A stretch of 62,572 bases of DNA, from positions 1 through 62,572 of IMG/VR virus record IMGVR_UViG_3300033565_000049; one strand, given 5' to 3'. The translations under genes and the position numbers were made by a program. Shown here one piece after another: positions 8,137 to 16,752 of this stretch. The notes beneath the pieces are model-generated. The model had not been told where the DNA came from. It saw nothing but the letters and a program-made list of their open reading frames with translations, and ran no database searches. This stretch comes from a virus. Position 1 is the first letter of the stretch. Every line of letters starts with the position of its first letter.

Positions 8137-9192
8137 TTATGCTCCCAAGTTTGCACCTGAGCCGGTATAGTCACCGCTCAGTTCGTTACCAGTTACTGAA
8201 CCATCGCTGATCATGAATCCGCGTTTGTTCAGATTTTTGATACGCATACCAATTTCGAACTGGTTCCAGAACTGAATTTCGTTCGGATCTTCGAAAGGTG
8301 AACGGACCTGAACAAAACCGGCATCGCCGAAAGTGTTCATACCCAAATCGAGGTTGCCAGGTTCGGTCAGCATCAGGCGATCGCCAATACCCAAACAATA
8401 ATGAGATACCATCTGAAGGTTTGGAATACCACAGTCTTCCTGCAGCTGGGTGAGCAAGCTGGCAAAAGTCACATCTTTGTAAGATGTCTTTTTGTTTTCC
8501 AACGAATCTTTCACATTGATCAACGCGCTGTATGGGATATACAGAACAGCGTTTTTCTGACGCCATTTTGGATCGATGTTACGCAACCAGTCGCGAAGGC
8601 TGTTGAATGCGGTAAGATCAGTTGCATTGGCAGGAGCAGTCAAATCGCCACAGGCAACCAGGTTACCTTTAGGTGCAGAAATTTCACCAGCAACAATCAG
8701 TGCATCGGCAAGGGTGTAGAAACCGTTAGCCATACCTTGTGGGGTCTGGTCAGATACGTTACGAACTGCATGAAAAAGGCAGTCGATAATATCTTCACCA
8801 ACAGTGGTAATAATGTCGGCAATAATATCACGTTCGAGCGGATGTTGTTTGCTTTGATTATTAACCTTGTTTTTTGAAGCATCGAACAATACCTGTTTGG
8901 TACTGTAATTCGTAATGTTGTCCTTAATTGGGGCAACGGCACGGTAGGTTTGCAATTCGCGTTCGATCAAACGCGAAATTTCGTTTTTGTAGGTGTTAGC
9001 TCCGGCCACGTATGGACGGGCGGCGCCACCAGCACGTTCTTTCACAATAACAATGTCTTTATTGTTCACCTCAAGCATCGAGATTTTAAGCTCTTGCAAG
9101 ACTGGAATCAATAAAGCGTAAGGAAGCAGCATGAAATCTTTCTGATAAGTTACTGCCGCCCTTTGAAGTCCGCTAATATTTACAGCATCCAT
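8137..9192 (-). CDS. major capsid protein (position-based)
   Basis: 351 aa, directly downstream of the protease-scaffold gene. Size and position are typical of HK97-fold capsid proteins. Confidence 0.65.
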   Translation of the reverse strand: MDAVNISGLQRAAVTYQKDFMLLPYALLIPVLQELKISMLEVNNKDIVIVKERAGGAARPYVAGANTYKNEISRLIERELQTYRAVAPIKDNITNYSTKQVLFDASKNKVNNQSKQHPLERDIIADIITTVGEDIIDCLFHAVRNVSDQTPQGMANGFYTLADALIVAGEISAPKGNLVACGDLTAPANATDLTAFNSLRDWLRNIDPKWRQKNAVLYIPYSALINVKDSLENKKTSYKDVTFASLLTQLQEDCGIPNLQMVSHYCLGIGDRLMLTEPGNLDLGMNTFGDAGFVQVRSPFEDPNEIQFWNQFEIGMRIKNLNKRGFMISDGSVTGNELSGDYTGSGANLGA

Positions 9193-9200
9193 CGTATAAT

Positions 9201-10577
9201 TTATTTAAGGGTTTTACCAAGGTATTCCTGTGATACAGCTTCGAGCTGTGCACCAAGGTCTTCGTGTTTAGAACTTACTGCTTCTGGCTTTGCAGTTCCT
9301 TCAGTGTCTTGTTCAGTAGGAGCAATTGCAGCTTGTTCTGCTGGGCCTGCTTTTAGGGTAGCAACTTCGCCCTGTAAAGTGGCGATAGTCAGGTTCAGTT
9401 CGGTAACTAATTGTTCGTTGGCGGTAGTGGCTTGCTGAGCAGCCTCTTGAACCGTTTGTAAATTAGTCTGAACTTCGCTCAGCTGCAATTGCAATTCGGA
9501 TGAATTGTCTGCAGCCAGATAGTCTTCCAAGGCCTGCATTTCTTCCACAGTGAAAGTCCGGCGGCCATCAGATTCAACTTCGAAAGAAGCTAAACCCAAA
9601 ACGGATTGAAGTTTTAGAAAATTCATAGTTATCTGAGATTGATTATTATTTGCCGCCTGTCCTGAATTGGAAGCAGGGGTTTCTTTCTGGTAGTTGGCCA
9701 ATACGATCACCCGGTTCACGGCATCGTCGAACGATCCGATACTGTCAACCAGCGACCCAATTACTTCACCAGCCTGAAATGTACGTCCATGAAGGTGCTG
9801 GTCTTCCACTCCGGGAAGCTGAGCTTTCATGTCGTTTACAAATTGTTCGTTGTGTGGATTGAGTAATCGTTCTTTGGCAGGCTTGAAATTGAATTCGTTA
9901 ATGGCCTGTTCGTACTCTTCATTTTTCTCGAAAGCATCGTCGGCGTAAATGGTAACCTCACGTTCTTTAAGCAGGTTCTCATCGCTTTTCGCAATTCTGC
10001 CCGAATAAACTAACATAGTACCAATGCATCCAACCATGTCGGTGGCCCTTGATGCAATCCGTTCGGCGGCATATGCGCCAATGTACATGTGTGCGCTGGC
10101 CATCAACCCGTCAACCCAAACAACGATTGGCTTGGTACAATTTTGCATAACATCAGTCAGTTCAGGTACTGCATGAGCTGCTCCACCCGGACCTTCAATA
10201 ATCATGACATGACCAATCACCGATTCATCATTGTCGGCATCGGCTAATCTTTTGCCCAGTGTTCTGGCTCCGGATGGTCCGCAGAACATGTCGTTCTTCA
10301 TCAATACACCACGCACCGGTAAAACATGAATCACCTTTTCATAGGTCTGCTCTGTCGACTCAGGAGAATCTGGTTCCTGATCATCGGCATAATAACCTGC
10401 ATATGGCTGAAGAGTATTGGCTGAAATTGCGAAAGGAATATTTTCTTTTGGTTCCGGTTCAACTTCAATCATGGCGCCGTTCAGCATTCCGCGAACAACG
10501 GGCATGTATTGCTGTAAACCCTGCACTGAAATGTGCCAGGGTAAACCAAAAATTTCGCTTGCGATTGAGTATTGCAT
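9201..10577 (-). CDS. S49/ClpP-like prohead protease fused to a coiled-coil scaffold region
   Basis: SppA-like VWVDGLMASAHMYIGAYAAERIAS; the C-terminal ~140 aa are Q/E/A-rich coiled coil. Confidence 0.75.
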   Translation of the reverse strand: MQYSIASEIFGLPWHISVQGLQQYMPVVRGMLNGAMIEVEPEPKENIPFAISANTLQPYAGYYADDQEPDSPESTEQTYEKVIHVLPVRGVLMKNDMFCGPSGARTLGKRLADADNDESVIGHVMIIEGPGGAAHAVPELTDVMQNCTKPIVVWVDGLMASAHMYIGAYAAERIASRATDMVGCIGTMLVYSGRIAKSDENLLKEREVTIYADDAFEKNEEYEQAINEFNFKPAKERLLNPHNEQFVNDMKAQLPGVEDQHLHGRTFQAGEVIGSLVDSIGSFDDAVNRVIVLANYQKETPASNSGQAANNNQSQITMNFLKLQSVLGLASFEVESDGRRTFTVEEMQALEDYLAADNSSELQLQLSEVQTNLQTVQEAAQQATTANEQLVTELNLTIATLQGEVATLKAGPAEQAAIAPTEQDTEGTAKPEAVSSKHEDLGAQLEAVSQEYLGKTLK

Positions 10578-10598
10578 AGTTGTAGCGTTTGTACACTA

Positions 10599-10634
10599 CA
10601 ACTTTACAATACTAGGAAGGGTAAATAAAGGACT
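10599..10634 (-). promoter_or_regulatory. promoter-family member (AGTCCTTTa-N19-TAAAGTTG)
   Basis: The -7 box ends 21 nt before the ATG at 10577. Confidence 0.55.
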
Positions 10635-10639
10635 TGAAG

Positions 10640-11131
10640 CTACGGAAGGTCTGTAATTACGGGCGATTCGGATATTGAACTACCTTGCAAATTCACCATT
10701 ATGGCACTAATTGAAGTTATTTGCCCCGGAATTTGTTTTTTTCTCAAAATTCTGACCGGAAAAACCAAAAAAGTGGATCCATTCATTTTAGTCACCAAAG
10801 CGGCATTTGGCCGGTTTTCGAAGTTTTGGAGTCCGGCCATGATTTCTGACCTGATATCTGGAATCTGTAAGTTAATTTCCTTTTTCCATAGACTACCTGA
10901 TGCCGTTCGATCTTCGGTTTCGACAAACGATCCGGTCTCGGGAGTAAAGTATATCTCCTGAAATGCGCCCCCTGAATTAAAAGTTAAAGCATTGAAACTA
11001 ATTTCACCGGCAACAGGTTGTGGAATCGAACCCAAATTATCCAAAGCGATTAAACTAATCGATTTGATATTTCCGAGGTTTTGGTCTTCAAAAGGTGTAT
11101 TCATGGCTATAAAAATTAATACTAAAAACAT
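10640..11131 (-). CDS. hypothetical protein (alternative start at 11104)
   Basis: 163-aa ORF on the dominant strand. Confidence 0.55.
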   Translation of the reverse strand: MFLVLIFIAMNTPFEDQNLGNIKSISLIALDNLGSIPQPVAGEISFNALTFNSGGAFQEIYFTPETGSFVETEDRTASGSLWKKEINLQIPDIRSEIMAGLQNFENRPNAALVTKMNGSTFLVFPVRILRKKQIPGQITSISAIMVNLQGSSISESPVITDLP

Positions 11132-11169
11132 TAAATTGTGCAGAAACTATTAATTTATTTTATAAATGC

Positions 11170-11688
11170 TTAATAATCATCCATTAATAACTCCTGAAAT
11201 GATAATTCTTCACATTTTCTTTTATTTCTGTAGTCGTGTTTTGAGATTGCATCAAAATTTGTTGTATTATTTCGAAGATTCAGTCCTCTTAAAATTGCTT
11301 CAATAATTTGCTTTCTAGTTTTATTTTTTTCATATCCTATTTCAAATCTTCTTTTTATCCATTTTATAAATTCATATTTGATTCCATTTTCAATTTTCTG
11401 TAAACCCCAGTTGTCTACATAAAGAAATCCTGAATTTATGCTAAAAGTATTAATTGGATTTATGGGTAAAACAATCACAACTGGATTAGTAACGGAAGGA
11501 CCTTTTCGATAACAATGATTTGACTTTATATGAGAATGAATTAATAAACCTATATCGTGATTTAAATTTATTTTTATTTCTGCCTGATCTGTAGATGTCT
11601 TAAAAATCAAGCGACAAAAAGCTTCAAGTCTAGGTTCTAGTGAAATTGTTACCTGAGGTTTTGGTCTTAATTTTTCATTTTTAATCAT
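11170..11688 (-). CDS. hypothetical protein in an AT-rich island
   Basis: 172-aa ORF, visibly lower in GC than its flanks. Lies between the MTase terminator and the head module. Confidence 0.55.
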   Translation of the reverse strand: MIKNEKLRPKPQVTISLEPRLEAFCRLIFKTSTDQAEIKINLNHDIGLLIHSHIKSNHCYRKGPSVTNPVVIVLPINPINTFSINSGFLYVDNWGLQKIENGIKYEFIKWIKRRFEIGYEKNKTRKQIIEAILRGLNLRNNTTNFDAISKHDYRNKRKCEELSFQELLMDDY

Positions 11689-11789
11689 AGGGAAATATTC
11701 ACGGGTTTAACAATGAGTTTTAAGTTAAAACCGGTGAATGAAGCGTTTACAATATACAAACTTTATAAAAAACAAAGGGTTCGAAAAAC

Positions 11790-11824
11790 ACAAAAAGCCT
11801 GATCAACTACGAACAGGCTTTTGT
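11790..11824 (-). terminator. intrinsic terminator after the C5-MTase
   Basis: AAAGCCTG...CAGGCTTT stem followed by a T-run in minus sense. Confidence 0.7.
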
Positions 11825-11877
11825 TGATAAAGTAAAATATAATTTAGGCTAATTTACTTTTAGGTATCGAAAGTAAA

Positions 11878-13875
11878 CTAAACAGCAATCTTACTGTAAT
11901 ACATCTCAATTGCTTTGCTGTTGCTTTGCACCAGGGCTTTAGCAACTACCGGTACAACTGCATTTCCGATAAACTTTTTCTGTTCGGTTTGTGTGCCTTC
12001 CAGATGATATCCATCAGGGAAACCCTGAATGCGTAGTAGTTCGCCGATAACCAGCATCCGCATTTTAATGTCAACAATTCCGTAAATAGCCATAAACATC
12101 CTGATCTTGGTCATCGTTTCGCATTCGCGTTCGAAGATGGGGATGGCGAAGATCTTCCCAGAACTGGCTGCCACTTTATACATGGGCGCCTTATCCTGTC
12201 GGGCAATGATGACCGGTGATGGCTGATCGATTCCTGAAGCATAACCAAACCAACTCGGATTCATCAGGTAGTGCCATTTGTGATTGGCGGTGATGACACT
12301 GAGCGGATTATCCAACGACTGACCAACATTGCTGAAGTTGGTATTCATGATCCAGCCTTCGACCGGCTCAGGCAGCGTGGCTGATATCAGGTTTAACTTT
12401 GGGTTTGCAGTTACGGTTCCTGCCGGTTCTTCAATGCTTGCTGGCTTCGACATGCCATATTGCTGGTCCATGAAGTTAACCGTTGTCAATCGCTGCTTTG
12501 GAACTCCGGTAATTGTTGGGTTTGGGTGGTCAATGCTGCCTAGCTGTCCACCTCCAGTGTAATAACTTTGAATGAACTGTGGCTCAACCTTTGCCAGTTT
12601 ATCCTTGGTAAGAAGGGTAGGAGCCGGTTTATCCAAACTGTGTGCATTCGATTTATACTGGTAATCGAGCAGGAAGGAAGCTTCTACCTTTGTAAACCGA
12701 TCTTTTGTGCTGACAGTTGGGCATGGACTTTCAATGGAATGGATATTCTTTCCTGTTGAATAATGAGCCGTCAGGAATGTTGAACTAACCAGGGCATGTC
12801 CGTCTTTTGTGGTGATGGATCCAGCGGGTTGATCAACCGATATATTCTTGCTTTCAGGATGTCCGGAGTAATATTTCGAAAGGAAAACCGATTTGATTAA
12901 TCCGTGTCGGTTACTGCAGGCGATTGCTCCCAGTGGGTTTAGAACCGATTTCGATTTCTCTTTCATGTCGCCACCATTGTAACGGATGGTAAACAGATCT
13001 TCGCCACCGGCAACGAACTTCACCAGTCCGGCATAAATACGCTCCAGTGTTTTCTCCGAAAGTGGTTTCTTGCGGGTAAAAATGCTCCGGCCTTCGTCTT
13101 CCAGGTTCAGTACTTCGCGCACGGGTTTCCATTTGGCTTTGGCTCCAAACAGTCCACCGATATCGGGCGACTTCGAATGGGTTGTTTCAGGCCATTTAAG
13201 CGGCAAACCTATTTTGGCAAACTGCCCGAAGTACCGTTCTCGGCTGGTGTATGCTCCGTGATCGGCAGAATTGATCAGCTGGTAATCGTATTCATACCCG
13301 TAGCTTTTCAATTCTTTGATCCAGCGCAGGTAATCGCGACCATTCAGTTTCGAGATTGGACGGCCTTTTTCGTCCAACGGTCCCCAGCTCATAAACTCAC
13401 GAACATTCTCGATGTACACGTAATCGGGTTTCAATTCTTCGATGTACATAAACAGGGCATGGGCCAGTGTGCGGCTGTCGGCATCGCGTGGTAATCCGCC
13501 TTTAGCTTTCGAGTAGTTGGTACATTCCAGACTGGCCCATAGGTTAATTACACAGCCCGGGAACTGAATCCGTAATTCTTCGACCAGTTTACGCAATTCT
13601 TCAACAACCCTGAAGTCGCGAACATCTTCAACAAAGTGCATGCACTCCGGATGGTTGCGCCAGTGACTCATCAGGGCATTGTAGTCGTGATTCACACAGG
13701 CTACAACTTTTACGTTATCCAATCCGGCCAGGTGGATCCCGGTAGTAGTTCCACCGGCACCCGCAAACAAATCGATCCAGAAGATCATACGGCCATTCGA
13801 TTCATCGTAACCCTTGTGCAGGTGCAGCATCAACGGACCGATCTTTATTTCTTCAAATATGTGTTGTGGTTTCAT
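11878..13875 (-). CDS. DNA (cytosine-5) methyltransferase with 7-8 reiterated TRD-like modules
   Basis: Motif I DLFAGAGG, motif IV variant SLECTNYS, motif VI YIENV, and C-terminal QGFPDGY...GNAVVP. Confidence 0.85.
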   Translation of the reverse strand: MKPQHIFEEIKIGPLMLHLHKGYDESNGRMIFWIDLFAGAGGTTTGIHLAGLDNVKVVACVNHDYNALMSHWRNHPECMHFVEDVRDFRVVEELRKLVEELRIQFPGCVINLWASLECTNYSKAKGGLPRDADSRTLAHALFMYIEELKPDYVYIENVREFMSWGPLDEKGRPISKLNGRDYLRWIKELKSYGYEYDYQLINSADHGAYTSRERYFGQFAKIGLPLKWPETTHSKSPDIGGLFGAKAKWKPVREVLNLEDEGRSIFTRKKPLSEKTLERIYAGLVKFVAGGEDLFTIRYNGGDMKEKSKSVLNPLGAIACSNRHGLIKSVFLSKYYSGHPESKNISVDQPAGSITTKDGHALVSSTFLTAHYSTGKNIHSIESPCPTVSTKDRFTKVEASFLLDYQYKSNAHSLDKPAPTLLTKDKLAKVEPQFIQSYYTGGGQLGSIDHPNPTITGVPKQRLTTVNFMDQQYGMSKPASIEEPAGTVTANPKLNLISATLPEPVEGWIMNTNFSNVGQSLDNPLSVITANHKWHYLMNPSWFGYASGIDQPSPVIIARQDKAPMYKVAASSGKIFAIPIFERECETMTKIRMFMAIYGIVDIKMRMLVIGELLRIQGFPDGYHLEGTQTEQKKFIGNAVVPVVAKALVQSNSKAIEMYYSKIAV

Positions 13876-14342
13876 ATCGTATCTTCTATATTTTGCATTA
13901 CTGCCTGTTCGTGTTTGAATTTCTTTTCATCCAGTTTGCAAAGCAGCTTCTTGTAAATCGGATCGTTTTCGTAGTCATTCCAGAGTGTTTTGCCTTTTTC
14001 TTCCTTAAATACTGCAATGGCATTCTCCACTTTGGTAATCTGCGCTTTGGCTGCTGAAATACTGTTTAGCCGCTTGCTATTTAGGCGTTCTTTCGTTTCC
14101 GGATAATAACCGCAGTAGGTTGAATCTACTCTGTAATTCTTAAACCGAACCTGGTAAATGCATCTTACCCAACTAAAAAACCGATCATGCTTTTTTATAA
14201 TCCACCGTGGGTAATTCCATTCTTTCAGTACATGCCAGTGATAATGGTTCGTTTGATAACATCCATCTTGAGTCATTCTCTTCTCATTGGGATGAACCCG
14301 GATTATAATCTGGGCCCATAACTGATCTGGATTGCTTTTCAT
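13872..14342 (-). CDS. hypothetical protein
   Basis: 156-aa ORF with a 4-nt overlap with the MTase start. Confidence 0.6.
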   Translation of the reverse strand: MKSNPDQLWAQIIIRVHPNEKRMTQDGCYQTNHYHWHVLKEWNYPRWIIKKHDRFFSWVRCIYQVRFKNYRVDSTYCGYYPETKERLNSKRLNSISAAKAQITKVENAIAVFKEEKGKTLWNDYENDPIYKKLLCKLDEKKFKHEQAVMQNIEDTI

Positions 14343-14614
14343 GGCTGAAGTATTGATGTCAACAACTCAACTTCGCCGTTAGCAAGCATCCGGTTGAATT
14401 GCTTGTTATTCATTACTGCATTGCAATCTCTTCGGGGTTCATCATGCGAAAACCAACAATGATCTTCATTTTCACGATTGTGAATGATCGATGTGTAAAT
14501 AATCTCATTCGAACTTTTGATTCTGGCGGCATACTTGCTGTCCTTACTGTAGAATTTTGATTCTGTCATAACATTACATTTTAAAGTGAAACTTAATTTT
14601 AGCTTCCTGATCAT
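14339..14614 (-). CDS. hypothetical protein (probable start at 14569, MTESKFY)
   Basis: The ORF's 5' extension overlaps the conserved leader element. Confidence 0.55.
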   Translation of the reverse strand: MIRKLKLSFTLKCNVMTESKFYSKDSKYAARIKSSNEIIYTSIIHNRENEDHCWFSHDEPRRDCNAVMNNKQFNRMLANGEVELLTSILQP

Positions 14615-14752
14615 TGAGCAGTTCCGGATTCTGTCAAGGGCCTTCGACCGAGCTCAGGCCCCGTCGCTCACTGAGCAGCGCAGCGTGTCGAAGTGAGAAC
14701 TTAGAAGCCTGCCCTTGACTTTTCCGGGATGCGATCAATAACTTTGCGCAAT
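14615..14752 (-). repeat. Leader element family B, copy C, with a REP-like hairpin (14641..14693) nested in its loop
   Basis: GTCAAGGG (14633) and CCCTTGACTTTTCCGGGATGCGATCAATAACTT (14712) match copies A and B. The loop is 71 nt rather than 25 nt and holds CCTTCGAC...GTCGAAG. Confidence 0.7.
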
Positions 14753-14759
14753 TAAGTTT

Positions 14760-15179
14760 CTAGTCTCTCCGCTGTAAATCGATGATTAGATCAAGAATAT
14801 CTTTTGCAGATAAACTGTATTCGCCTGTCCAACCCAAGTCATCGTGAATGCGTTTATGATTTTGTTTTTCATTGAAATAAGTTTCTATTTCGGAAGGTTG
14901 TGGAACGAACTCGATTGGTGAATTTGCCAATTCAACACGAGTTTTTTCATATTCATTTCGGTTAACTGCCATACAAAAAATCATGTATTTACCAGGTAAA
15001 CCAAAGTCTTTTTGTATTCTGGCATCTTCTCCAATATTCTTTTCAACTCCAAATTCGATAATCGATCCACGCGGATCATCAGATACTTTTACAATTGTGG
15101 TTGACATCTGAATACCCTTGTTGTCATCCTTGACCATTCGATCAAAGATTGATAGTTCTGATATTTTTCCCTTTTTCAT
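14760..15179 (-). CDS. hypothetical protein
   Basis: 139-aa ORF, tightly packed with its neighbours. Confidence 0.6.
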   Translation of the reverse strand: MKKGKISELSIFDRMVKDDNKGIQMSTTIVKVSDDPRGSIIEFGVEKNIGEDARIQKDFGLPGKYMIFCMAVNRNEYEKTRVELANSPIEFVPQPSEIETYFNEKQNHKRIHDDLGWTGEYSLSAKDILDLIIDLQRRD

Positions 15180-15180
15180 T

Positions 15181-15852
15181 TTATTGCTCTTTAGTTTGGT
15201 TTTTAGAATTCTCTAATGCTTCAGTAACGCGGGTTAACCGGTAAACCCGTACGGGGTATGAGTTCATTTCTTCAGCAGCTGCAAAGTCTTCGCCAATGGT
15301 CAGGCAATTATTATTTGCATCGATCCAAATCAGTAGTTGTGCTTTTGTTTTTTCAGGAAGACAGCGTGGAACTTTACGAACCCAATCGCTTTCGCTTTCC
15401 AATGTTAGTAGCAATTCGCCGTTGAAACTTGGTTTTAATTCTTCCAGCAGAACCTGATCGTTTGGTTCTAATGGGTAAATTTTTATCTCCTCATTATTTA
15501 CACTGACAGAAAATTCATCAGGAAGGAAAATATAGCTTGTTTCTCCTTCAAGTGCGTTGACAATTTTTTCAATCTCGATTCTGACTTGTTTGGTTTTCTC
15601 TTCGCTGCTCAGACTTTCTATGTCCGGAATCATCCGATTGAAAAAATCATCTTTGATTTGTATCAGGTATCTTTTAACCCGATTACTTTCAGCTGGTTTG
15701 AGCTGATTCATAAACTCAACCATAGCATCGTATTCAGCTTTTGGTACGATTGCAAACTCTCCGGCTTTCAAGGTGAAATCTCCCTGCATTTCAAATGTCA
15801 TGGTGTTTTCCTCAAAATCACCTGTCAATAATTCTCCAAATAGTGTGTTCAT
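15181..15852 (-). CDS. hypothetical protein
   Basis: 223-aa ORF. Its C-terminus NQTKEQ and the gene junction are duplicated at 15848..15875. Confidence 0.6.
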   Translation of the reverse strand: MNTLFGELLTGDFEENTMTFEMQGDFTLKAGEFAIVPKAEYDAMVEFMNQLKPAESNRVKRYLIQIKDDFFNRMIPDIESLSSEEKTKQVRIEIEKIVNALEGETSYIFLPDEFSVSVNNEEIKIYPLEPNDQVLLEELKPSFNGELLLTLESESDWVRKVPRCLPEKTKAQLLIWIDANNNCLTIGEDFAAAEEMNSYPVRVYRLTRVTEALENSKNQTKEQ

Positions 15853-15853
15853 T

Positions 15854-16132
15854 TTATTGCTCTTTTGTTTGGTTTAAAAATTCGTCTGATGGTTCCATCA
15901 GCTCAACGGCAGCAGCCATAAACATCATTTGACCCATTCCGTTTTCCTGGTATGTTTCGGTTTTGCTTATCCGGAGGATAGCCCCCAGTTCATCAAGTTC
16001 ATTGGCTTTCATTACCGCCTTAATAATGGCGATGTAAGGCTTCAGTTTTTCGGCATATTCTTCCCGGAAGAAGCGTTTGGCAGTATCTCTGCATTCGTAG
16101 AGTTTGGCTGCTATTTTGATTTGTGTTTCCAT
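15854..16132 (-). CDS. hypothetical protein
   Basis: 92-aa ORF. Confidence 0.55.
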   Translation of the reverse strand: METQIKIAAKLYECRDTAKRFFREEYAEKLKPYIAIIKAVMKANELDELGAILRISKTETYQENGMGQMMFMAAAVELMEPSDEFLNQTKEQ

Positions 16133-16135
16133 GGG

Positions 16136-16441
16136 TTAAGCCTTAACCTGTTTCAGTTTTAGCGTCACTTCTTCGCCATACTCATATATGGTTCTCCGGT
16201 GACGGCAGCAACCATTTTTGCCATTTCGCGGTTCATAGTCTTCACACTCTTTGCCACAGTTGGAAGATTCGCCACAGCTATCAATAGCAGTGCAGTAGAT
16301 GTATTCTTTTTCCTTGCTTTTATTGGCTTCGAGAACGGTTAGTTCTTCGAGCCCTTCTTCCTTCATTTTATCCTGAAAATATTCTTCAGAATAGCAGTTT
16401 TCAGCATCTTCATTTTCAAAATAAAGCTTCTTTTTATTCAT
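16136..16441 (-). CDS. hypothetical Cys-rich protein
   Basis: 101 aa containing CGESSNCGKECEDYEPRNGKNGCCRH. Confidence 0.55.
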   Translation of the reverse strand: MNKKKLYFENEDAENCYSEEYFQDKMKEEGLEELTVLEANKSKEKEYIYCTAIDSCGESSNCGKECEDYEPRNGKNGCCRHRRTIYEYGEEVTLKLKQVKA

Positions 16442-16752
16442 TTATTAATGTTTTAAAGTGTTCATATTCAATTTATTGGTTTCAAAAAACATACTTATGC
16501 GTAAAAAAATAAACCTGTAACTTACCTACCACATACCACACTGCTATTGTGTTGTGTATAAACTATTTAATGAATTGTTGTTTTTATGTGTTAGGTTATG
16601 GTAGGTTTGTGGTAAGTAGGATAAAATTGCCAACCTAACACAAATTACTCTTTATTGGCGCGGCTCTTGGCGGTGTGTTAGGTGTGTTAGGTTGTTTTAG
16701 TGTTTTCATTTTTTCATTTAGTTTTTTATATATTACTGAAAATATTAAAGTT
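16442..16752. promoter_or_regulatory. candidate replication origin: iterons plus an AT-rich tract
   Basis: GTGTTAGG at 16588, 16674 and 16683, inverted at 16633. ACC-rich inverted repeat at 16521-16541 / 16588-16620. T/A-rich tract at 16695-16750. Adjacent to the VirE-like gene. Confidence 0.45.
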
